From Escherichia phage HermannAdler_Bas98, in the sequence record PQ850608.1: a stretch of 64,000 nucleotides of DNA; one strand, given 5' to 3'. The notes beneath the pieces were generated by a model. The model ran no database searches. It was not told where the DNA came from and was given only the letters and a program-made list of their open reading frames with translations. Below are positions 52,914 to 59,126 of the stretch, piece after piece (position 1 is the stretch's first letter; every line of letters starts with the position of its first letter). Position numbers and translations under genes: made by a program.

Positions 52914-53128
52914 CCGATAATCAATACGCAGTCGGGCAACGTGACATCGAGCAACTCGACGAGGGCGGCTATTATACGCGCCACATCTATGCCATGACTC
53001 ATGAAGGACTTTACAGCAAGTCGGACATCGCCGCTGAACTGGCCCATCGTGACTTGCAAATTGACCTTCTCAAGATAGAAATTCAAAACTTACGCAACAC
53101 CCTGTTAAACACCTGGAGCTTAAAATGA
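52910..53128 (+). CDS. hypothetical protein
   Basis: 72 aa. ATGA overlap. Confidence 0.4.
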   Translation: MTDNQYAVGQRDIEQLDEGGYYTRHIYAMTHEGLYSKSDIAAELAHRDLQIDLLKIEIQNLRNTLLNTWSLK

Positions 53129-53550
53129 TACAGCGTTACGACCTGACATATGACGTGGCATCAGACGATTTCGCCGTCACTCCCGTTCCAGAAAGTCATG
53201 AAGGACGTTTTGTTGCATATGAGGACTATGAATCACTACTCAAGCTTAATGAGTCGCTAACAAAAGAGATTGAGCAATACCGCGAGCGCATCAAAGCCGC
53301 TGAAGATGTTATCAAGCTTTTTAGCGAGGCTGTTGAGAAATACAAGGAGCGCAACGTGCCGATTAAGGAGGAAGCGTGGACCGTGTGGTTTGGTGGCGTG
53401 AATCCGGTGCCTGGGAAGATGGTTGAGTTTGAATTACTCAACGGTTATAAATCAAAAGGTGCTGTTCCTTCGGATAGTTTGACATGGGATAAAGTCACAA
53501 GCCCGACTGGTGCAAAGATTGTTGCTTATCGGGTCGTTAAGGAGGGGTGA
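53125..53550 (+). CDS. hypothetical protein with C-terminal GGxNPVPGK...AYRVV domain
   Basis: C-terminus WTVWFGGVNPVPGKMVEFEL ... KIVAYRVVKEG. Shares the DNA block gaatccggtgcctgg with 51740-52243. Confidence 0.5.
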   Translation: MIQRYDLTYDVASDDFAVTPVPESHEGRFVAYEDYESLLKLNESLTKEIEQYRERIKAAEDVIKLFSEAVEKYKERNVPIKEEAWTVWFGGVNPVPGKMVEFELLNGYKSKGAVPSDSLTWDKVTSPTGAKIVAYRVVKEG

Positions 53551-53999
53551 TGGGTAACAAGCTTATCGCCGCTGGTTGGGCCATACCGAAGTGGGCTCAT
53601 CGTGCGCACTACTTTGATGAAGGAGAAGTGCAAAGCCTTTGCGGTCGCGCAACATACTTTGGTGATGAGCGCGTCAGCGGCGATTACATCGACTCGCTTT
53701 TAGGCAAAGGTGATTGCAAGAAATGTCAGGATATATTAAGAGATATTCTAACGCAAAAAGGACTGCTTGAGCTTGATGAGTCGGAGGAAGTAATAGAGCT
53801 TAAGCTTGAAGCCAATCACCTTATTAATATGTTCAAGAATTATTACTCAACGAATATGCGCTCAAAGATGCGTGAGGAAGTAATAAAAGAGGTGCTCACT
53901 TACAATCCGTTAAGGATGAATAAAACTAAACTGAAGAAGTTTAATGCAATAGTAAGAAAGGAATTTAGACGGCTTGGAGTGAAGAATTTTATATTTTAA
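53547..53999 (+). CDS. hypothetical protein (possible zinc ribbon)
   Basis: 150 aa. SLCGR ... CKKC. Last gene before terminator 54016-54040. Confidence 0.45.
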   Translation: MMGNKLIAAGWAIPKWAHRAHYFDEGEVQSLCGRATYFGDERVSGDYIDSLLGKGDCKKCQDILRDILTQKGLLELDESEEVIELKLEANHLINMFKNYYSTNMRSKMREEVIKEVLTYNPLRMNKTKLKKFNAIVRKEFRRLGVKNFIF

Positions 54000-54015
54000 T
54001 TATGATTAATGTTAA

Positions 54016-54040
54016 GAGGGCCGATTGGCCCTTTTTATTT
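54016..54040 (+). terminator. intrinsic terminator ending the small-gene array
   Basis: GGGCC-gatt-GGCCC followed by TTTTTATTT. Confidence 0.7.
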
Positions 54041-54151
54041 GCCTGTGTAATGGGAGGCTTTTGTGGTTATTTACGATTCAAGGCTGTAATTTAAGAGAGC
54101 GAAAATATTATAATAATTTATCAAGATTATTGCATATTGTGGCAATCAACG

Positions 54152-54782
54152 TTTATACGTATTTATGACAGTTTAATCCACTAAATAATACGGATAGAAC
54201 AGTGAGGAAAATACAGCGGTGTATTTTAGTGTAAATATTGAATCAAAAATAAATAATTATGGTGCTATTATATACGCAGATTGTTTGTAATTTATAGGAT
54301 ATTTTATCGTGGAGTATTGGCTAACGGTGCGTTAGCCGTGGGTCTTGGTGCTTGTGGTGTTGATGCTCAGAATTTTAATAATGTTTTTAGTTTTAGTAAT
54401 CGTAGTCAATGATGATACGTATAAGAAAATGAGAGTCACCCCTTCACAGGATATTGTACCGTGGCCCTGTGGTGCGCCGCGCCTGGGATTGCTGGTATAC
54501 ACTGGTGCTATTTTGCCGCGAAGGCAGTCATTCATACGTATCATGACGTATCATTGGGCTATTGATTTATAAGGAAAAATACGCTGATACGGATGATACG
54601 GGTGCAAACATAATATATATAGAATTCCAGAAAATTAATTAACTCCATTTTGAATTAATTTAAATTAATTTTTTTCTACATCCTCATACTTATACTAAAC
54701 TTATATTCATACGTATCATCCGTAAGATATAAGTAAAAACAAGGACTTGCGGCAATACGGATGATACGTCATGATACGCTTC
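54152..54782. repeat. iteron/AT-rich element, copy 2, with outlying half-sites
   Basis: ATACGTATCATGACGTATCAT at 54533-54554, GATACGGATGATACGG at 54586-54602, an A/T core at 54605-54677, CATACGTATCATCCGT at 54708-54724, ATACGGATGATACGTCATGATACG at 54755-54778. Outliers are TTTATACGTATTTATGAC at 54152-54169 and AATACGGATA at 54187-54196. Confidence 0.8.
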
Positions 54783-54943
54783 GACCAGCCAGCAGCGGCT
54801 AAGTCATTGATTTGCATAGCAAGCGGCGAAAGGGATGGATTTCTTTTATACGTATCAAACAGTACACCACGCACCACGGTCCGCAATCCTATTTGCAATA
54901 TGATTTGTGTACGTTTATAGCCATAATGAACATCAATCTGCAC

Positions 54944-54972
54944 TTGAATATAATGTCCATCCATTGTATAAT
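54944..54972 (+). promoter_or_regulatory. sigma70-type promoter upstream of the TerS-like gene
   Basis: TTGAAT, 17-bp spacer, TATAAT. The predicted start site lies just before the first ATTTGCACTAT pair. Confidence 0.5.
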
Positions 54973-54992
54973 TCACACTATTAATTTGCACT

Positions 54993-55481
54993 ATGGGATT
55001 TTGCACTATGAGTCAAGATTATGTAGCGATGCCTGAAGACTTTGAAGACCCGCGATTCGCAGAGCACAATCAGGCTTTATTCGATGAGTTCATTGACCTT
55101 GTTATTCAGGGTCATGACATGCGCGCAGCTTTTGCACTAGTATTTGGAATGGAAGTTGCAACGGATAACTACACTGGCCAGCGAATCCTTTGCACGCAAC
55201 GCAATCCATACTACAAGATGCGCTTCAAAAAGCGTATGGAAGAGATGCCACTCAAGGATTTGTGGAGCGTAAAAGGTGCAATTCACAATTTGGTCAAGCT
55301 TGTGCGTGATCCAGAAGTCGCGGCGTCAGCCAAGCTTAATGCTATTCGTGAACTGAATATCATCTACGGCATCACGATGATTGATGAAAACGGCAATAGT
55401 AAAATGGGCCGTTCTATGGACGATTTCTACAAGGATTTTGGAGAGGCTGCCAAAGAAGGAGAGCAATTCTCCCGCCACTAG
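54993..55481 (+). CDS. small-terminase-like protein (tentative)
   Basis: HDMRAAFALVFGM ... QRNPYYKMRFKKRMEE ... DLWSVKGAIHNLVKLVRD ... AKLNAIRELNIIYGI has the HTH plus oligomerisation-helix pattern of TerS proteins. The start may instead be ATG 55008. No adjacent large terminase. Confidence 0.4.
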   Translation: MGFCTMSQDYVAMPEDFEDPRFAEHNQALFDEFIDLVIQGHDMRAAFALVFGMEVATDNYTGQRILCTQRNPYYKMRFKKRMEEMPLKDLWSVKGAIHNLVKLVRDPEVAASAKLNAIRELNIIYGITMIDENGNSKMGRSMDDFYKDFGEAAKEGEQFSRH

Positions 55482-55500
55482 CCAATTTGCACTATAAAAC

Positions 55501-55534
55501 GGCCCTAGAACACATGTTCTCCACTTCTAGGGCC
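55501..55534. terminator. 10-bp-stem hairpin (minus-strand terminator, possibly bidirectional)
   Basis: GGCCCTAGAA, 14-nt loop, TTCTAGGGCC. On the minus strand it is followed by GUUUUAUAG. Confidence 0.5.
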
Positions 55535-55595
55535 ATCGGTAATACGACGGGGAAGGTCGCACCCATAAACGCGTTAGAAAGTGTATTATTATAAG

Positions 55596-55859
55596 TCATC
55601 TTTTAGTCGCTTTACGTAACAATTTACGACCTTCAACCGTCCAATCGAACGACTCCACCAGCAGATTCGCACTATAACCTAAGACGATGCGCCCTTTCTC
55701 GTTATCGACCCGCCAACAAGTCTCGAATAGCATTCGATTTGCACTATTAACTATTGCCGCAACGCGCGTAGGGTAAGCGCAATTTGCACTATGGTCGTAA
55801 AGGGATAAGGTGCGACCACTTCCGATGGACAATGTAGCGATGAGAATAAGCGTATTCAT
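55596..55859 (-). CDS. hypothetical protein with hydrophobic N-terminus
   Basis: 87 aa starting MNTLILIATLSIGSG. Carries three copies of the ATTTGCACTAT motif on the opposite strand, each read as SAN. Confidence 0.4.
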   Translation of the reverse strand: MNTLILIATLSIGSGRTLSLYDHSANCAYPTRVAAIVNSANRMLFETCWRVDNEKGRIVLGYSANLLVESFDWTVEGRKLLRKATKR

Positions 55860-55880
55860 AAGCCACCAATTTGCACTATG

Positions 55881-55902
55881 AAAAGCGACCCCGAAGGGCC
55901 GC
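55881..55902 (-). terminator. intrinsic terminator after 55910-56536
   Basis: Minus strand: GCGGCCC-UUCG-GGGUCGC (one G-U pair) followed by UUUUCAU. Confidence 0.6.
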
Positions 55903-55909
55903 CATTCGA

Positions 55910-56536
55910 TTAGATAATCTGGAAGGTGTAGGACTTGTTGCCGAACTCGAAGTTCAAGCGTCCAGCTTCTTTAAGCTTCATGCGGAAGCGAATGTGCTTG
56001 CTATCCGGTAATCCCAGCGCGGCGAAGGCTACGCGGACCGATTTGAACTCGCCTACACCCTCGACCATAACGCCGTTACGGGTGAGACGCTTTTGCGCCA
56101 CTTCCTTATTATCCCAACTTTTTGCAATACCTTCGCTATTCGAACGGCGATGGGAAGGAGTTCCATTTTGCACTACGCAATTTGCACTATCGTTTAAGCC
56201 GCTCTTAACGAAGGCTTCATACTCTTCATCGCTCATCGCGTCGAGTTCTTCCTGGGTCGGCTCAGCCTTTTTAACGACCGCACGCGCCTTATGCGTTTTT
56301 ACATCACTGGACACTTCCTCACGCGGCTTCGCGTCGGGAATGGGCGATTCGTTGGACGGCTCATCGAGCGCGTTTAAGGACTCGATTAACGCGATTACGC
56401 GAGTCTCGGCGGTCCGGCGGTCCGCAAATTTCTTAATCGGCTTCGAACCGGAATTTGCATTATAAAATGCAACGAGGTCGGCGGTCTTAGTTGCGATAAC
56501 GTCGCCGCTAGTAGAAAAGCGATTTAAGCTAACCAT
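55910..56536 (-). CDS. hypothetical protein
   Basis: 208 aa. RBS context TAGGAGTTTATTATGG is shared with 56617-56931. CpG-rich codon usage. Confidence 0.5.
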   Translation of the reverse strand: MVSLNRFSTSGDVIATKTADLVAFYNANSGSKPIKKFADRRTAETRVIALIESLNALDEPSNESPIPDAKPREEVSSDVKTHKARAVVKKAEPTQEELDAMSDEEYEAFVKSGLNDSANCVVQNGTPSHRRSNSEGIAKSWDNKEVAQKRLTRNGVMVEGVGEFKSVRVAFAALGLPDSKHIRFRMKLKEAGRLNFEFGNKSYTFQII

Positions 56537-56616
56537 AATAAACTCCTATTTGTTAGGGCGCTAGGCGCGAAAGAATTTTATTAAAGCGCCGCGCACGACG
56601 CTCTAAAAATCCTCTC

Positions 56617-56931
56617 TTACTCTTCGTCGTCTTCGATTAATTCGAGGGCGAAGGCGTAAGCTTTGCTATCGTAATTAACTAAAACGGCGAGTTCGAACTC
56701 GTTAATAAACGCCGTTTTACCGCATAAATTTAATTCCGCATCGACTTCGAAGAATCCGTTTTCGTCGCGCTCTAAGCGAGAAGCAGCGAGTTGCTCGATT
56801 ACCGTCGCGTCGTTAATTTCTTCGCCTAAGCGAACGCCGGAGAATTTCGCGAGAATTTCGCCGTAAGTAAGCGTAACGCCCTGGACTTCGGCGGCGGCGT
56901 TTTCGAGGGTAAAGCGGGTAACGATAGCCAT
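56617..56931 (-). CDS. small acidic protein (104 aa)
   Basis: Ends LIEDDEE. Driven by the minus-strand copy of the promoter-leader cassette. SD is AGGAG. Confidence 0.55.
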   Translation of the reverse strand: MAIVTRFTLENAAAEVQGVTLTYGEILAKFSGVRLGEEINDATVIEQLAASRLERDENGFFEVDAELNLCGKTAFINEFELAVLVNYDSKAYAFALELIEDDEE

Positions 56932-56955
56932 AATAAACTCCTAGTTGGGAGAGGC

Positions 56956-57038
56956 GTTAACGACCTATTCGTTAACTCATCCCGTCCCGATATGAGTACA
57001 TTATAATATAGTGTAGAAAAAAGTAAAGCACTTTTTCG
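56956..57038 (-). promoter_or_regulatory. promoter-leader cassette P3 (minus strand)
   Basis: Minus strand: AAAAAGTGCTTTACT, 16-bp spacer, TATAAT, then CATATCGGGACGGGATGAG, then hairpin GTTAACG-AATAGGT-CGTTAAC (56976-56956), then AACTAGGAG SD. Confidence 0.65.
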
Positions 57039-57071
57039 ATAAAAATGCGATAAATTATTTTATCTTTTTTC

Positions 57072-57117
57072 TTTACTTCTTCGTACACTCGCGTATACTT
57101 GTTTATATCGAGACGGG
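57072..57117 (+). promoter_or_regulatory. promoter-leader cassette P1
   Basis: TTTACT (57072-57077), 16-bp spacer, TATACT (57094-57099), then TATATCGAGACGGG (57104-57117). Confidence 0.65.
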
Positions 57118-57155
57118 CGATGGCCCTTTCTTCTACTAGCATCGGGAGCTTTATT

Positions 57156-57458
57156 ATGACTACTTTAATCTCTTCCATCCTTACTTACGACGAAGACCGC
57201 TTAACCGTTCGCTCTCTTATCGCCGCCGTTAACGCGGAACTAGAATCTAGCGCCATTAAGGTCCGCGCGGTCGCCTTCATCGGCCTTTCCTTCGACGATA
57301 TGAAGTATGCCGAACGTAGCGCCATCCGCTTCGCGAAGACCGACGACGAAGCCGTTACCCTTATCGAGACGGTTACGCCGCGCGGCGAAGCGTTAATTAT
57401 CGTCGAGTATATCGACGTAGAAGGCGATAAATCTTATAAACATTTTATCGCAGAATAA
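57156..57458 (+). CDS. small acidic protein (100 aa)
   Basis: GGGAG SD before ATG 57156. Downstream of cassette copy P1. The track start 57099 lies inside the promoter. Confidence 0.55.
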   Translation: MTTLISSILTYDEDRLTVRSLIAAVNAELESSAIKVRAVAFIGLSFDDMKYAERSAIRFAKTDDEAVTLIETVTPRGEALIIVEYIDVEGDKSYKHFIAE

Positions 57459-57459
57459 C

Positions 57460-57542
57460 GAAAAAAGTGCTTTACTTCTTCGTACACTAAGACTATAATG
57501 TTTTATATCGAGAGGGGATGAGGTAGCGAATAGGTCACTACC
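57460..57542 (+). promoter_or_regulatory. promoter-leader cassette P2
   Basis: AAAAAAGTGCTTTACT, 17-bp spacer, TATAAT (57494-57499), then TATATCGAGAGGGGATGAG, then hairpin GGTAGCG-AATAGGT-CACTACC (57522-57542), then AACTAGGAG SD. Confidence 0.65.
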
Positions 57543-57566
57543 CTCCCGACTAACTAGGAGAATATT

Positions 57567-57857
57567 ATGATTACTTTAGCCGCTATCCGTTCCGCTCGCG
57601 TCGAAACTTCCGAAAACTCTAACGTATTTGGCGAAAAACTTAAAAACGTTTATCTCTTTAACGTAGATGCGACTATCGAGGAGCTTCACAGTCCTATCGA
57701 TTTTAGCGAATTTACGGAACTCGAAGAGGAAGATATTTCTACCTTCCGCGTTACTATCGAAGGCAAGGTTTATTTTGCTACGGAGTTCGGCGGCGAATAT
57801 CTCGCGGTATCCGAAGGCGAAGGCCGTTACTCTTTCTTTAAAATCGTTTCCTTATAA
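57567..57857 (+). CDS. small acidic protein (96 aa)
   Basis: TAGGAG SD. Downstream of cassette copy P2. Followed by terminator 57877-57902. Confidence 0.55.
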   Translation: MITLAAIRSARVETSENSNVFGEKLKNVYLFNVDATIEELHSPIDFSEFTELEEEDISTFRVTIEGKVYFATEFGGEYLAVSEGEGRYSFFKIVSL

Positions 57858-57876
57858 TACCCTTCCGTTACTAATA

Positions 57877-57902
57877 GGCCGCGCTTAGTCGCGGCTTTTC
57901 TT
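57877..57902 (+). terminator. intrinsic terminator
   Basis: GCCGCG-cttagt-CGCGGC followed by TTTTCTT. Confidence 0.65.
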
Positions 57903-58021
57903 CGTCCCTATCTCGATGCGCTCCTACGCGAAAACTCCTTTATCCTTCCCTTCGTCGTCGCATAATCTTCTTCGAGATGCGTCTTAGTTCGCATAACAGG
58001 TATTACGTTAAATGGAGAACA

Positions 58022-58102
58022 TCGCGTAAGTCCTTGTTTTATATAGACACCTATATCGGACCGTTAGGGCGGGTCGCGTAAGTCGTTGTTTTATAAAGGC
58101 AC
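58022..58102 (+). repeat. 29-bp direct repeat pair
   Basis: TCGCGTAAGTCCTTGTTTTATATAGACAC (58022-58050) against TCGCGTAAGTCGTTGTTTTATAAAGGCAC (58074-58102). Confidence 0.8.
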
Positions 58103-58220
58103 AAAACTTTCCCTTCGTTCCGAACTAAAACGAGAAATATGCCGACCCTTCGCCCGAAAATAGTACGTATGCGAAATTACATTCATCTCGAATAATCCCT
58201 CCCGATATTATCCTACACGC

Positions 58221-58283
58221 AATCATTCGCTTTCGAATCATTATGCTTCATATTATTATGCGTCGAATCATTCGCTTTCGAAT
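58221..58283 (+). repeat. 18-bp direct repeat pair, internally palindromic
   Basis: AATCATTCGCTTTCGAAT at 58221-58238 and 58266-58283. Each contains ATTCG-CTTT-CGAAT. Confidence 0.8.
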
Positions 58284-58498
58284 TGTAACGCTGGAAACTG
58301 TAACGTCGATTGATTATTGCGTTCGTGTGGTTTTTATGGCATGGGTCTTTTGGTGCGTTTTGCTACTTGATGGAATTTGCGGTACACTAATCAAAATACG
58401 ACACATTTGGTCCACTAACTTTTCAAAGAAAAAGTCCTAGACAGTACCGTACTATTTTGTACCCACAGGAAATTTGCAGTACACTCCTGAGCGGCAGG

Positions 58499-58526
58499 CA
58501 AAATAAAGGGCCGCACTAAGCGACCC
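58499..58526 (-). terminator. intrinsic terminator after 58556-58936
   Basis: Minus strand: GGGUCGC-UUAGU-GCGGCCC (one U-G pair) followed by UUUAUUUU. Confidence 0.6.
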
Positions 58527-58555
58527 ACGATTCACGGTTAAATCAGCAACACCCA

Positions 58556-58936
58556 CTATTCGCTCTTATGGGCATCACCAAAGCCATCCGCAATCTGGCT
58601 GATCAATGATTCAATGGACACAGTTTTACCAATTGATCGAGCGGTAATAGCAAGCATATTATCAATCAAACCATGATTGGATGCATATGGTCCAGGTTTT
58701 GAATCATCTTCAGGACAACCAAAAAGCTGGTCGCGCAAACTTTCGAGAGAACGCTCAATATTTTCCAGCTTCTCTTCTAAATCAGATTGGCGACGTAAAA
58801 CCCATGTTAAGTCTCGGTTGCCGACTTCCAATCCATCGAAATCGCAAGCTGGAACGTCAATTTTAATACTTGGATTAAAAGCAGTACCGCTGCCTTTAGT
58901 ATATTTGTGGTGATTGCGATCAATAGTTTGTGACAT
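58556..58936 (-). CDS. hypothetical protein
   Basis: ATG 58936 (MSQTIDRN...) is preferred over the track start 59002. Followed by terminator 58499-58526. Confidence 0.5.
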   Translation of the reverse strand: MSQTIDRNHHKYTKGSGTAFNPSIKIDVPACDFDGLEVGNRDLTWVLRRQSDLEEKLENIERSLESLRDQLFGCPEDDSKPGPYASNHGLIDNMLAITARSIGKTVSIESLISQIADGFGDAHKSE

Positions 58937-59030
58937 ATCATTACCTTTAATATTTGGGTGATTAACAATAACTATAATAAAGCCGCATAGCGCGGCATTC
59001 AAATCGGTTTGTTAATTGTAACGATTGAAT

Positions 59031-59126
59031 TTACTTATCCAACCAATCAATAAGCGCAATCATAGCAACAACAAATACTGCGCTGATTGCTAATATGATC
59101 AAGAACATCACAAAATCAACATTCAT
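59031..59126 (-). CDS. small hydrophobic peptide (31 aa)
   Basis: MNVDFVMFLIILAISAVFVVAMIALIDWLDK, the distal part of track ORF 59031-59309. Overlaps the end of the upstream gene by 11 nt. Confidence 0.3.
   Translation of the reverse strand: MNVDFVMFLIILAISAVFVVAMIALIDWLDK

Larger units (their letters stand above)
54984..56463 (+). repeat. same-strand array of the 11-mer ATTTGCACTAT
   Basis: Exact copies start at 54984, 55485, 55737, 55782, 55869 and 56180. One-mismatch or one-insertion variants start at 54998, 55665, 56165 and 56453. All lie on the + strand. Confidence 0.85.

Noticed and set aside
54041-54520. tRNA or other structured RNA genes in the ORF-free DNA (also considered for 57900-58550)
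   Set aside because: I could not fold any cloverleaf or find conserved T-loop/D-loop boxes by eye. There are only isolated hairpins, such as GGCTAACG-gtg-CGTTAGCC at 54319-54337. A tRNAscan-SE or Rfam run is needed to be sure.
54332-55036. Track ORFs 54332-54544 (-), 54345-54572 (+), 54716-55006 (-) and 54812-55036 (+)
   Set aside because: They run through the iteron/AT-rich element and promoter, have no SD, and overlap each other. I treated the region as non-coding. A small protein at 54345-54572 (GTG start, hydrophobic N-terminus) cannot be fully excluded.
58243-58440. 65-aa + strand ORF in the repeat tract
   Set aside because: It is composed largely of the direct repeats, has no SD, and lies between two terminators with no promoter.
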